Shown here piece after piece: positions 37,750-50,450 of a stretch of DNA of 64,000 nucleotides. Position numbers and translations under genes: made by a program. The DNA comes from Azolla caroliniana. Lineage: Eukaryota; Plantae; Polypodiophyta. Within the stretch, counting starts at the first letter, position 1, and each line of letters starts with the position of its first letter. Below the pieces are notes generated by a model. It saw only the letters and a program-made list of their open reading frames with translations. It was not told the origin of the DNA and did not search any database. The stretch spans positions 3,720,001 to 3,784,000 of the forward strand of contig JBHGNT010000022.1 in the NCBI GenBank assembly GCA_043228905.1. Direction: 5' to 3'.

Positions 37750-39327
37750 AGAAAACCAAATTCATTAACAAGAATGACTACAAAGAAGAGGAGAAGGTGA
37801 CTATATTCTCTTAACATAAGTATATCGAAAACCAAATTCATTAACAAGAATGAAGAATGACTACAAAGAAGAGGAGACTTAACTACAATAGGACTTAACT
37901 TCTATGACACATTAGTTATATTCTCTTACTACAACTACTTCTTGGGAAAGGAGGTGGAGACTTAACTACAAGTCAACTAACTATGTGTCATAGGTCTTAA
38001 CTTCTATGACACATTAGTTATGATAGAAGGTGGTGGTATTTCCTCACACTTTTGGTCTTACGATGTGTTCACATCATAGGGAAGTTGAGTTTTATTCTCA
38101 ACGCAATGTAATGATTTGCGTGCAACTCTTGACACTAATTCACAAGGTAGTTCAAGAACAAGGGATGGCCTTGAATAGCCCCTTACAAATGTCAACTTAG
38201 AGATAAAGGATTACCACTTCAACTTTAATTTGATTCAACGGGTTGAGTTGTAAGTGCATCAAATCCTTCAGGAATTTGTTAGGTTGGAGGACCTAAATAA
38301 GAGGTTTCAGTAAACGGTTCCCATTGTTTCAATTTGTTTTTATAAAACTTTTTATGGTGATGCAATATTAGGGGCATCGATAGGATTTTGTCGTGGGTTA
38401 ATGTGAACTAAAACTAGCACAAGGTAACAAGGTACAGAGAATTGGCCTAGGGTGTCTTGGGGGGGGGGGGGCGACAGGTCACGTGACAATGGAGCGAGGC
38501 GATAGGGCCGGAGGTGGCTCTAGGGAGGTGTGAAGGGCCAAGTGATAAATGGATACTAAGAATGGAAAAGGATTATGCATATACATGGCATGGATTTGGA
38601 TTGGAATTTGGAGATGCATAATGATGAGCTTTCTAAAAAGGGAAATATACACTTTCTCCTTAAAGGTGGGGTGGGACTGGCCTCTGCAACTCTGATTGGC
38701 CTGGCCACATGGAGCTCTTGCGAGACTTGAGCTACATCTCATGATTGGTTGCAGCATTACCATTACCATCACCATTATCATAGCTTCCTCCTATAACTTG
38801 CTCCTGTTTCTTTCTTTTGTAATGAACCAGAGACCCCCCCACACACACCTGCACATATAGATAGATAGAGGAGGAGGAAGAAAACAAGCACAGAGAGAGA
38901 GAGATTACTCTGTTTTTTCTTTTGGGTTTGGGTTTTGTCTTTCCCTTTTTGGTAATTTTTCATTCCTCTTTAAGACAACTGATGCTTTTTTTGTTCTTTT
39001 GGGTTCCACTCAGTTTTCTCTCTTAGTTTGGACACACACAAACAGAAGAGACTCTTGTGTGTGTGTGTGTTTATTTTCTCTCTTATTTTGGATTGTTTTG
39101 CACCCTCTCTCAATCTCTGCCCATCATCTGTCTCTTAACTCTATCTTTTGGGTTGTTTTGGGCATTCATGAATGCTCCCACCCAATTCAGATACCGATAA
39201 AACTACATAAATTTTGTTTCGCTCTTCGGGTTCAGATTCGATCGCGGGTTCAGAGCTTGTCGGCATTTGCCGTGCCGGAAGCGAGTGTCAGAGCGCGCGG
39301 GCTTCCATTGGCGGTTCCATTGGGAAC

Positions 39328-41293
39328 ATGGATGTCTCCATAGCTGCACTTTTCATGGAGGAAAGGCTTCTTTCGTCACCCATCACATGGGAAACAAATC
39401 ATGAGGTAAGTCCCACCCTATACTTTGGTTTCATTCCATCTACATTTGACGAATGGAATGAAGGATCGATTGATAAGATTTTGTTAAGGAACAACATGAA
39501 CATGCTTGCGCATGTCTTATTAACAAGTTGAGTAAATCTATGCCATCTTTGTCTAGTCATGCTTTATAAATTTGTATTTGATCCAAGTTAATGGGTATCA
39601 GTAAAAAATGTTATGTTACATGCTCTTATTATATAGTGTTTGCATTTGCATATTAGAATATTTAGTATGTAGATTAATATAGTACATGTCTGACATGAAA
39701 TCTTTGTAGTTTGTCGGCCATCACATGGATCAATTGAGCAATATTTAATTAAAAGAGAACAAATGTCCTAAAACACATGATTACACTAGGCCTTAAACAA
39801 AATAAACTTGTTTAGATCATCATCTCATGCTCTTATATTAATGGCTTTGCTTGTGGCTTGCTTAGAACATGAATGAGCTTCGGCATAGGATCACGTGTAC
39901 AATATCGGAGCTGGAGGCAGCTAAAAAAGAACATAAAATGCAAGAGCACATCACAAGAGCCAGGCTACAATGCTTGCAGGGCCTCTTGGATACAACCAAG
40001 ACGGAGCGAGACGAAGCCCTTCGACTTTTCACGAGCCTTAAGGAGTCACTCATGCGAGCATCGAATTCATTAGGGGCCAACGGATCTATCACTCAATCGG
40101 CCTTGCTAATCCGCAACGGTAATGATCATGCAAAGCACCGCGATTCATTGTCTTCTCTAAACAATTTATCGACGAATCGAGGCGCCCTAGAGAAGCACCC
40201 CGATTCGGATATTTTGGACATGGATATATTCACTTCCAAAGACAATGAGAATTGGAGAGACTTCCCCGAAGAATTCGACATTCTCAATGAAGATGGAGGG
40301 GAGGGTGGGTCTTTTGTGGAAGATGAGAGCTTGAACATGAAGACGAAGTCTTCTTTCAGCGACCCACCGAGCTCTGGTTCGGCATCAAGCTGGGAAACAA
40401 ATTTGCAAAGACAATCATCCGTCATTTCGACAGCAGCATCACCACAAGTGAAGAATCAGTATTCTGATGGAAGTGAGAAAGCAGCAGCCGCAGCAGCACC
40501 AGCTTTCATGGCATATCTCCCTGGTATGTGTGCTAATTCTTCAACTCGATCCCCATTAATGTTAATGCCGGAGGAGAAGGAAAAAGCATCAATGGCATCA
40601 TCATACATGCCCACATATTCTCATTGCTCGTTCCTCGACATGCCCGCATTGGTCATTTCATCTTTGTCTGAATTATTAGACAATCCGCCGACACCCCATA
40701 CAAGATTCGAAAAGAAGAAAGCAGAGCTTTGGTTCGCACCATTTTCACCGGAGACCCCTAATCTTAGTATGTTGATGATGCCAGGATCTGCAAACATGGA
40801 GAAAAAATATGACATACCTCCTCCCATGGTGGTGTCTCCATCAAACTTATCCAAGGTCTCAACATCCACATCCACCACCAAGTTACCTCTGAAAAGGTCT
40901 CTTTTGGAGTCTCTTGAAGAAAAACATAGTCAAGAGGAATCATTATTGGTGAACCCATTGCCAAAGAAAGGGAAGCTCTTGGAAGCAGTAGCTAGGGCAG
41001 GGCCTCTACTGCAACAACTTATTGTCATAGGTCCATTACCAGATTGGAAGAATCCACCACCAGTGATGGACATACCAATGATGCCTATGTCATTGAGCAA
41101 CATTTCTCTGTCTTCCCCTACATGTACCATCAGCCCAACCCCTTCCCCATTTGTAGATACATGCCAATCTTTACACATGCATGGTCTCCCAACATATCTT
41201 ACAGATTTGCATACCATGCAGCAATCAAACATACACATGAGGTCTAGCCTAGAAAAAAAGCTTATAGCACCTGCACTCCCACTAAAACCATGA
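39328..41293 (+). CDS. DUF1635-family plant protein, two exons (39328-39405, 39866-41293), about 501 aa
   Basis: GAG|GTAAGT donor, CTTAG|AAC acceptor, phase 0; N-terminal coiled coil MNELRHRI..ELE..ERDEA and C-terminal LPKKGKLLEAVARAGPLLQQLIVIGPLPDWKNPPP signature; uninterrupted frame. Confidence 0.88.
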
Positions 41294-42288
41294 ACCCTGG
41301 GAATATGCATGTGAACCATGTAAATTAGAACTTAGCCTATGGTGGTGTTTTCTCTAGAAGTCACCCCTCCACACCTAAAGGGTTCCTTTTACCATATCAT
41401 TGCTTCTCATTACTTGTCAAATGTCCTTATTTGGATCTATTGTTTGGATGCATCATCCAGAAATATGGATGCATGCAACATATATAATTTATTGGAATAT
41501 GCAACCAGATAATGTATTGATGAATTGCCGGGTTTTTTTTGCCTTTGTATTTAGGTTGTACCACTATAGTGGTATGTCGGTTTTTTCAGCCGTTGTATTT
41601 AGGTTGTACCAATGTAGTTGTATGTCAATAATTCCTTCCTGAAATTTGTTTTTTTAAATATGCGGTTTGACACAAGCAGTAATCCGGTTATACTCTCTAT
41701 TTATTTCTCGCAAAAGTAATGTATATATTAACATGATAGTACAAAAACACTTGCAATCTTTATGATGATGAGGATCTTATCCTAAGGTAAACCCCAAGGT
41801 GTTGTAAGACTCTTTTCAATAACAACTCTTTCTATTTTACTAATAAGGTGCTCAAAAAGCTGACTTGCGAAGATTGTCAAATCAAATTTCCTTTCAACTA
41901 AATGTGATCTCTCTTGGTAATCCATTAGAGATCATCAAACAAAAACCGGTTTCTCACACTCTACTTGTACCATAATCCCAAACATCTAAGGTAGACAAAA
42001 AATGGACAGGGAAAATCTATGTATCAATCTCCCACTAAAGGCCAAAAAGAATCAGTGAAGTCGATGGGAATATTGTAGAAGACATGTACATCCTACTTGA
42101 TGAGCGTGTTACACCATATACATAAAACAATTGTGTAACCAGTGTTGTGATGTTTTCAACACAGTTTGAAACCACCCTCAAAAAGCAATAAAATAGTAGT
42201 ATTGTGAAGTCAACTTTGTTAGCAACAAAAATACATTTTCACTTGTCAAAGAGCATGTCTTATGAATGAAAGGTCGAGGGATTAAATA

Positions 42289-43016
42289 TTGTAATAAATT
42301 TTCAAGGATATAAAGTTAGAGGCAGTTTTCAAATGTACGAAAAAAGCAGAGAAAAAAGTGGAAAAAAACAAGTCGTGGATATGAAGAGCTAGGTAGAAAA
42401 AAAAGCTCATAATTTCTTTATCTAATATCCAAGCTCGAATCGAAAAGTGATGAAATCTACAATTACACAAGAGAAATAGTGATGAAAATAAAAAACGCTT
42501 AACATAGACATGCTTTTTATTTGGGTAAAAAGCAAGCAATAGAAAACCTATAAATAAGAGCTTATCTTATTCTTAACAAGAAGTGGGGGAAGGGAGAAGA
42601 GGACGCGGAAGCTCTACAAATTTGGAAGGTAGAAGAAGAGGGGTCAACATCAAGAAGAGGCAACATCAATCAAGGATCTCCCTCTTCTATACTCCACTTA
42701 CTTCTTTTCTCCATCTCTCTCCCCCCCTTCCTTGATAAACTATCTTCCATCTTCCTTATGACAAAACCCATTGTAACTTGATTCTTAGTTTATAAAAGCT
42801 CTTATTTTGTAAACAAGTATTATTTCCTTTCACCTCTTGTGTGTTCATGTGTCTTGTGATTTGGGACTATTCCGGGCGTGCCCATGTACCTCTCCTTCCA
42901 AAAGGCATTCGAACTTTTGTGTCTCGTGTGTAAACCTTCCTTTTATGTGTTCATGTGTCTTGTGACGAGGAAGGTTTCGGGAAACCATGCACCTCTCCTC
43001 CCCATAAAGACGTTCG
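42289..43016 (+). repeat. Probable truncated LTR of an unidentified element
   Basis: Starts TGTAAT shortly after a purine-rich run, CCTATAAATA at about 42547, internal direct repeat GTGTTCATGTGTCTTGTGA; no partner LTR in window. Confidence 0.35.
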
Positions 43017-44160
43017 TGTTGGAGATAATATGTAGAGATATTGGTGCGGAAGCGAGATTAAGGACCTATCAGTGAGTCTAGCAAACAACGCAAGTGGAGA
43101 TATACACTGTTATATAGAAAGAGAGATGTGCTCAAAAGAAGAGTATGTTATATTAACCCTCAAACAATGTTACAATGATTAGTCTCTCACTTATATAGGT
43201 AGGGTGACTTAGCCCTAATTGTGAGGACATGTTCACACTAGGATACAAGTGCGTAGAGTGGGACTTTGGCCCAACAAACTCCCTCGTAAAAGGACTACTC
43301 TATCTACAAACAGTGATACAGGGTTATCTCCCTCGTAAACCTAGATTACAATTTGATCTAAAGTTACAATTGTATAATTACAAGTTAGTTGGCATATGGC
43401 CGAATTGGCAGAGGTAAAGTCGGGATCTAGCCTAATTCAGCTAGTCATCTGAATCATACGTCGTTCGGGTTGGCTTGTTTGAGTCGGTCAAATCGACTAA
43501 TTCGGATCAAATTTCTTCTGAATTGACTTGTTCATTCAAATCGGCTCGTGTTTGATTCTGACTCCTAGCCTTTGGTCGATCGTTTGCTTCCTGCTCGTGC
43601 TTACTCTTGTGCTCCTCATTGGATCCTTGATCTATCTTCTCTCTAGACGATGTCCTTGTCTAGTGTTGCGTCTTCAACCTCGCGGCATTCCAATTCTTTT
43701 GACTTTGCCTTTTTAGCTTGTTTGATCAAGTTGGTCTTCGACCTACCTTCTGCTCCTCGTTCGACTCTATTCTGCTTAGTTGTTGTAGTCCCATCATTGT
43801 CCTTAGGGCCTTGAAGCGTTGTTTTGGGAGTGGCTTCGTCATGCAATCGACGATATTCACCTCGATGTCGATGTTCCGGACTTCGAGCTTCTTCCTTGTT
43901 ACGAGCTCCCGGATACAATGAAACTGCACCTTAATATGTTTTGTCTTCACATGGTAGACAAGATTCCTAATAAGGTGAATTGCGCTCTGTGAGTCGCAAT
44001 TGATGATCGATTTGTCTTGTAGCCAAAAAATTGGGCGACAGTCGATGCAGCAAGATTGCAATGTATTCAGCCTCTATGGTTGATAGGGTCATGCACACTT
44101 GAAGCTTCGACCTCCATGATATGCTGCCACCGCCATAGGTAAAAAGGTAGCCTGGTTGGA
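43017..44160 (-). mobile_element. Ty1/Copia 3' fragment: RNase H, PPT and 3' LTR
   Basis: LTR 43017-43276 (TGTTGG..CCAACA), PPT GAGGGAGTT, GYLFTYGGGSISW..LSTIEAEY and CDSQSAIHL..HVKTKHI motifs. Confidence 0.88.
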
Positions 44161-44167
44161 CAACGTA

Positions 44168-44541
44168 GGACAACGTAGGATATCATCTCACCAACTTGAG
44201 ATTGAGAATGTTCGTGCTAATAGAGAGGAAAGGTTATGTAGGTTATGTCACATAGAGGTAGAAGATGAGTATCACATTGCATGCAAGTCTCGAACTTACG
44301 CCGAGATAAGGGCGGAATACCAAGACATACTAGGACCCTCTCCCACCCTCTCCAAACTATTAGATACCTCGGATATAAAGAGACTAGGTAGGTATATCTT
44401 AGAGCTAAAACAACATAGGGAGAATAAACTACAAAGTGTTAACCATAACCTTTTTAATATTCACCAACATGTAACTAATCTAATTTTTCAGGAACAAGGG
44501 GAGACGATGAATGTGGACACACCTACACCACTCGGTCTCTC
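44168..44541 (+). mobile_element. Non-LTR (LINE) ORF2 C-terminal zinc-binding fragment
   Basis: RISSHQLEIE..REERLCRLCHIEVEDEYH..C..Y..IR motif typical of LINE ORF2 C-termini; truncated at both ends. Confidence 0.8.
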
Positions 44542-44567
44542 TCTAGGCTCAACCCCTAGTAGGATCG
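44542..44567 (+). pseudogene. tRNA-Arg 3' half remnant
   Basis: TCTAGGCTCAACCCCTAGTAGGATCG aligns with 45722-45747 and shares its downstream flank. Confidence 0.7.
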
Positions 44568-44830
44568 GTTTAGAATCGTGATATTAGTGTACGACATCAA
44601 GAACATGACGATGAAGAATCATGGAGTCATAATGCGCATTCGTCTCAACCGTCTAGAAAAAGTGATATTGTATCCACTGTTTTGGCTGGATGCATGCATT
44701 CATCATTTACGACGACGATGATGTTTAGGTAAAATAAATGGAATGGTTTATTTGGCACAAATTCCTCATCAAAAGTGTATCGCATGTCAATTACGATCCT
44801 GAATGGAAGTACAACCAACGGAAAACCTAA

Positions 44831-44903
44831 TATCCTATGCCCCAATGATTAAGGCATTGGTCTACGAAACCAAAGATTTTAGGTTTGATCCCTAGTAGGA
44901 TCG
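44831..44903 (+). tRNA. tRNA-Arg(ACG), degenerate (probable pseudogene)
   Basis: 73 nt; acceptor ATCCTA/TAGGAT, anticodon arm TTGGT-CTACGAA-ACCAA; A and B boxes mutated (GGTTTGATCC). Confidence 0.8.
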
Positions 44904-45674
44904 ATTAGGATTAGGTTTCTCTTTTCGAGAATCAGAAAACAACGATGACAGAGTACTCGGTAATGCATGCGTAATCAATACATGCATGTATTGGGGAAGG
45001 GATAGCATTACGTCTTTCAACATAATCATCTATCACGATGATGTCATTTACAAGTTTTTAATGCGCATTCGCCCGAGTGAACATATGAACAATGCCTTTC
45101 TTGCTTAGGCTCGTCGTGCTCATGTCTGGCCTAGTTTGAATACATGCTACTATAGGCAAAAATGTGATGACGCCTAGTTGTTGTATGATGTGTATCTGAA
45201 TGTAGTTGTTAACAAGGATAACGTCGTTTAAAATTTAGAAACAACCTACACGAAGGCCACCAATAAGACATCGCATGCGTGATACTTTTCATTTGGTTAG
45301 TCTACTAGAATTAATAGAAGATAGCTTATTTGAGATTCAACAATGCAAAATTATGTACGAGTGAAAGAATCTAGCGGGTGGTATGATGATAGGAGAACGG
45401 TATCTAGACATTAGAGATTGATAGTTTGAGACAAAAACTCTTCTTTAAGGTCATTTGTATGGTCATGAATGCTTTTCTATGGATTAGATACGTCACACCG
45501 CATACCTTTATCCGATAAAACCATTTATGCTCATCTCCGTAATGTGGCCAAGAATATCGTGGTAAGATAAGAGACAACATATCCTATGAAAAATACGATG
45601 ATTAAAATATATGACGAGAAATAAGAGATCCTATACGTTCACATGTGTGATCTTCTTTTCAATGACAAGTCGAA

Positions 45675-45747
45675 AATCGTATGGCCTAATGGATAAGGCA
45701 TTGATTTTCGAAAGCAAAGATTCTAGGTTCGACGACTAGTAGGATCG
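45675..45747 (+). tRNA. tRNA-Arg-derived pseudogene (anticodon position reads TCG)
   Basis: 73 nt; TGGCCTAATGGATAAGGC D-arm, GGTTCGAC T-loop; anticodon and T stems mismatched. Confidence 0.75.
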
Positions 45748-46002
45748 GTTTAAATCGTCATCCTAGTGTATGACATTAGGAACATGAAGATCAAGAACCA
45801 TAGAGTCATAATGTGTATTTGTCTCAACTGTCTAGAAAATGAGATCATGTATCCACTGTTTTGGATGGATGCATTCATTTACGAGGATGATGATGTTTAG
45901 GTAAAAGAAATGGAATGGTTTATGTGGCACAAATTCCTCATTAAAAGTGTATCGCATGTCAATCACGATTCTCAATGGAAGTACAACTAACGGAAAACCG
46001 AA

Positions 46003-46075
46003 GATACTGTGGCCCAACAGATAAGGCATTGGTCTATGAAACCAGAGATTCTAGGTTCGATCCCTAGTAGGATTG
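46003..46075 (+). tRNA. tRNA-Arg(ACG)-derived pseudogene (ACG changed to ATG)
   Basis: 73 nt; TGGTCTATGAAACCA anticodon arm, intact CTAGG-TTCGATC-CCTAG T arm. Confidence 0.8.
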
Positions 46076-47064
46076 ATTAGGAATACGTTCCTCTTCTCAT
46101 CGAATCAGCTCCAAAGCAACTCGACGTGGAGTAGAAATAATTAAGAAGATAAGGGAGCGTGAGCTACGTTGCCTATAAGCTACGGTTGGGGTACATTTTA
46201 CATTGGGGCCACGGGCCACATCCAACATCGAAACCCTTTGACCGCCCGCTTTTTTTCGAGAGACTTGGATGGAAATGAAACTAGGCCTAGTATAAAGCCA
46301 TCGAACATGTTTTTTTACTAGAAATCTTTATCTTAAGTTCTATTTTATTTTTATTTTTACTTTCAATGAATGGGTAAATACCCCATTTTTGTTGTAAACC
46401 AGTTGTCCCATGGGCCAGTTTTTGTCTTAGAAGACATTAATATATATTTCTTTCTCACGCACACATACATCATTCCGCAACACAAAATGGTGCACTTGAT
46501 TCTTTACAGTAATTATCATCGTTATTGCTCATTCTCAACAATATTTTCAACATGCACTTTGTTTTCTTTCGATTATGGACCTTGACTATATACTACTAAG
46601 CTTTCAATGCTACACGGTTACTTGATTTTGGTATAAAAACCCTATCGTCGAGGTTTTGTGTAGAGTCTTGACTCTTGGATATACACAGATCCATATACTA
46701 GCTTCGATCTAAAATGTTGTACTTTAAGGAACACTTCATGCACTTCTCTAAGCTGGGTTTTATTACACAATCAAAATATCTAGATACCAATGAACGAATA
46801 ATCAGTCTATTTTCACATGAATTCATCTATTAATTGTATATATATATTTTGGGATTCTGATGGACTGCATATGGCGATTGCCATTTAGTACATACAAGAT
46901 TTCATCATGGCAGGATGTTTTGTAAGTATACTGTTGGATATATTTTCTCTTGAAATGTGGATGATACCCAATGTTTTTCTCCTTTTGATGTCTAAAAGGG
47001 TTTCTATATCTGTCCTAATCACCGGTAAAAGAATAGACCGAAAAGAGAAGGTATGGACAGAATC

Positions 47065-47202
47065 ATGGCGAGCTCGCTTCCAACAGAAATGCTCGACCGG
47101 AGCAACTATGCATCATGGTCGTATAAAATGCACCAGTACATGTTGGGGCAGGGATACTTGAGCTACGTGGAAGGAGCGAATGAAGCAACGCCGGATTCGG
47201 CA
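47065..47202 (+). mobile_element. Copia gag 5' fragment (C2-like family) cut by C5 insertion
   Basis: MASSLPTEMLDRSNYASWSYKMHQYMLGQGY is homologous to gag at 6996. Confidence 0.8.
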
Positions 47203-50200
47203 TGTTGGCATAAAAGGCCGACTCCTTCCAAGTTGTATCCGTCCGAGTGTGAACTCGTCAATAAGTTAGGGCTTAGTATATAAGCGAATACCTAACATTG
47301 TATAGAGTGACAAGTAACAGAGAGACAAACTATTTGTGTATTGTATCTTTGAGAGAGTGTGAGAACGAGGCAATAAAGCTTTCCATTAGAGCTGGCACTA
47401 TGTAAGTCTACGCCTATTCTATTTTCTGTCCGCATTGTTTGTTGTTCTGAACCGACAACAGATCCATACACGTTTCTGCAAATCACACTCATTACCAACA
47501 ACTGGTATCAGAGTGAATCTTTGTTGTTCAGCGGCAACAGACAACAGAAGAAGCTGAAAGAAAAGACCAAGTTAGAAATCTCAAGCTCACAAAAAGAATA
47601 TGGCTTCAACATCCGGAACAAGAGTTGAAACCAGAAAATTCGACGGCAAAAACTTTGCCTTGTGGAAGGAGATGATGCAGGATGTGTTGATCATTCGAAG
47701 ACAGGTCAAAGCCATTCGGCACAATGAAAAACCTGCTTCAATGACAACCAAGGAGTGGAGATCAATGGACGAAATCGCATGCTCCACCATCCAAATGCAT
47801 TTGGCCGAAAAACGTCTATTTCAGCATGGCGAAAGAGACGACAACATTCTCATTGTGGGAGAAGCTACATGCCATTTATGAAAAGAAATCCTCATCGTCG
47901 AAATTGATTTTGTTCAAACAATTGTTCAACATGAAGATGAGAGAGACCGATCCGGCAACCTCCCACATCAACACCTTCAGCCGGGTGTTGTCTGAGCTCT
48001 TGTCACAAGGGATCAACTTTGATGAAGAAGTGAAAGCCCTTGCCCTCCTATTGAGCTTGCCGGCAAGTTGGGAGGTATTCTGCACGACATACGCCAATAG
48101 CTGACCGATCCTAAACTTGGACGAAACAATCGGTAAAGTCCTCACAGAGGACATTAGGCGAAAATTGATGGGACTAACTTCGATGATTCAACAGAAGCCC
48201 ATCACTCGACCGAGTTATTCGATCGACAGAGTTGAACGAAAGAACAAGCCGACATAACCGGTCGACGCTACAGCCAATCGAAAACAAGGGGAGACCGACA
48301 ACGGTCGAATTCGAAAATGGCCCAATCAAGCGAGTACTGCACACAGTGCAGGAAAGTTGGCCACAATGTTTCCGACTGCTGGTCATTAAAAAGAAAAGAG
48401 AGTGGTCGGCAATCCGAGCGGAATCGGGGACGTTCTGACTCGGATCACTCTCTAGCTACCAACCAAATCAACATTACCGACACCCGATCCGGAGCAATCA
48501 TCTCCTTAGAGGACTCAATGATCGGAGAAGTCCTCTACAGTGCACAAGTTGCACACACGTGGCTACTAGACTCTGGCCCCACATTTCACGTGACCCCAAA
48601 CATTGAATGGTTCTCGAACTATTCAATTGGCACCATCGACACAGTCCGATTGGGAAACGGGCAGGAGTGCAAGATAGCTGGAATTGGGGAGGTTCCCATC
48701 ATATTGCCAAATGGCAACACAATAACCCTGCACTGAGTTCAACATGTACCCTATCTAAAGAGGAGTCTGGTCTCCATCGACATGTTAGCCGAAGACAAGT
48801 ATAGAACGACTCTACACGAGTCAACATGGGTGATCAGCCGAGGAAACCTCAAAATCGGTAGTGGGTACAAGTATAATAATCTATAACCATGGATGGTGAT
48901 CAACCCTGAAGGGGCCGTGAACGTAACCGAGAAAACCGACCCGAACTTATGGCATAGCCGACGTGGCTACATGTCTTAAGCCGGACTTGATCGGCTTATG
49001 TCGGTCGGCTACATCTTGAAACTCGAGGCAAAGACGGACTTCTGCAAGCATTGTCGATATGGGAAACAAACCCGAAGTCTGCACTCTCTCTACTACGAGA
49101 TGGTACGACTGCCCCTAGAGCTTGTGCACACAGACATATGTGGGCCCATGCCAGAGCGATCACTAGGAGGCTCCCGGTACTTCATCACATTCGTAGATGA
49201 CTATACATGGAAAGTTTGGGCATACTCCATCAATTCCAAAGAGGAAGCGCTCGAGGTCTTCACTCGATGGATAGTTGAAGCGGAGAACTGGTCAGGATAC
49301 AGAGTGAAGACACTCTGATCTGACAATGGAGGTGAGTACACCTCCAAAGCCTTCAAATAGTACTTGTCCGGAAAAGGGATCCGACACCAAAAGACCATTC
49401 CCTACACACCCATGCAAAATGGACTGGCAGAACCGATCAACAGGACGATCCAGGAGAGGTTGACGGCAATGCACCAACAAGCCAGACTGAAGTTGGAATT
49501 CTAGGTCGAGGCATTGCAAACAACGGTGTACTTGATAAATCTGGCGTTGTCAAGAGCAATCAGGTTCGAAGTGCCACAAGCACTATGGTCAAGCAAACAA
49601 TCAACGTACGATAGGCTCCGTATATTCGGCTGCAAAGCATACGCGTTCATCCCCAAGGACAAAAGGACGAAGTTGGCACCCCATGCAACAAAGTGCATAC
49701 TTCTCGGTTATAGAACTGATGGGAACTTCGGCTACCGGGTATGGGACCCGGAGAACCCGAAATTGATCCGGAGCAGCGACGTAGTCTTCAATGAAGACTC
49801 TATCTTCTCTCAGCAGAACCAACAAAAAACAATTGGTAAGAAGGTATCCTTCGAAGATGACAGCACTGTCGTAGAAGGACCGAGCCACCGCCCGAATTGG
49901 AGACTCGACAATTAGTCGAAGTCCAACAAGCTGACAACTTCCCTACCTACACCGAATCGGCAACAAGTCCTATCGTCGAACTCAAAGACAAAGTCATCAA
50001 AGACACAGCCAAAGCGACAAGGATCGATAAAGGCAAAGTCACCAAAAGACAAGTCAGAAAAGAGTCGATGATAACCACAGGGGAGGAAAACCAGACACCG
50101 TCGAAATCCCAATCTGGGGATGGGACACCTAACAAGACTCTTGATACAAATGGTTCAACTAATACCGATCGAACAATAGAGCTGATCGAAGGATCCGAAC

Positions 50201-50450
50201 CAAACATCTCAGCACACAGAAGATTTGGACGAGCTCGAAGGCAAACAAAGTTCTACCAACCGGGCCTCGACTACGTCAACTACACGGATGTAGGCGAACC
50301 AAGCACCTATGAAGAAGCTATGGCCACACCAGACGCAGAAACATGGCTACAAGCCATGAAATCTGAAATGGACTCGATTCATCAGAATCAGACATGGGAG
50401 TTGGTCGAACTACCAACTAGAAGGAAGCCGCTACCTTGCAAATGGGTTTT
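47203..50450 (+). mobile_element. Ty1/Copia element C5 (5' LTR, gag, PR, INT, start of RT), 3'-truncated
   Basis: LTR 47203-47500 (TGTTGG..CCAACA), PBS TGGTATCAGAG 47503, gag 47600, CTQCRKVGH..C, WLLDSG, LVHTDICGP, ends at PCKWVF. Confidence 0.92.

Larger units (their letters stand above)
34364..38048 (-). mobile_element. Solo LTR (Gypsy-like, TGTGAGGAAA...CTACATCA on minus strand) interrupted by element N1
   Basis: TG..CA ends, TATA box (CCTATTTATAGG on plus, about 34473), TTCTAGAA-type repeats; sequence continues across the AGAAA TSD; flanks do not form a clean TSD. Confidence 0.6.
44542..46108 (+). repeat. About 1.3 copies of a 1180-bp tandem unit with two tRNA-Arg copies per unit
   Basis: 44542-44935 aligns with 45722-46108 including spacer sequence. 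Confidence 0.85.

Noticed and set aside
44645-46029. Duplicated 65-66-aa minus-strand ORFs
   Set aside because: Antisense readings of the tRNA-array spacer with no protein motif
46110-47060. Unassigned sequence upstream of a Copia gag lacking PBS and LTR
   Set aside because: No ORF, terminal repeat or Helitron end could be supported
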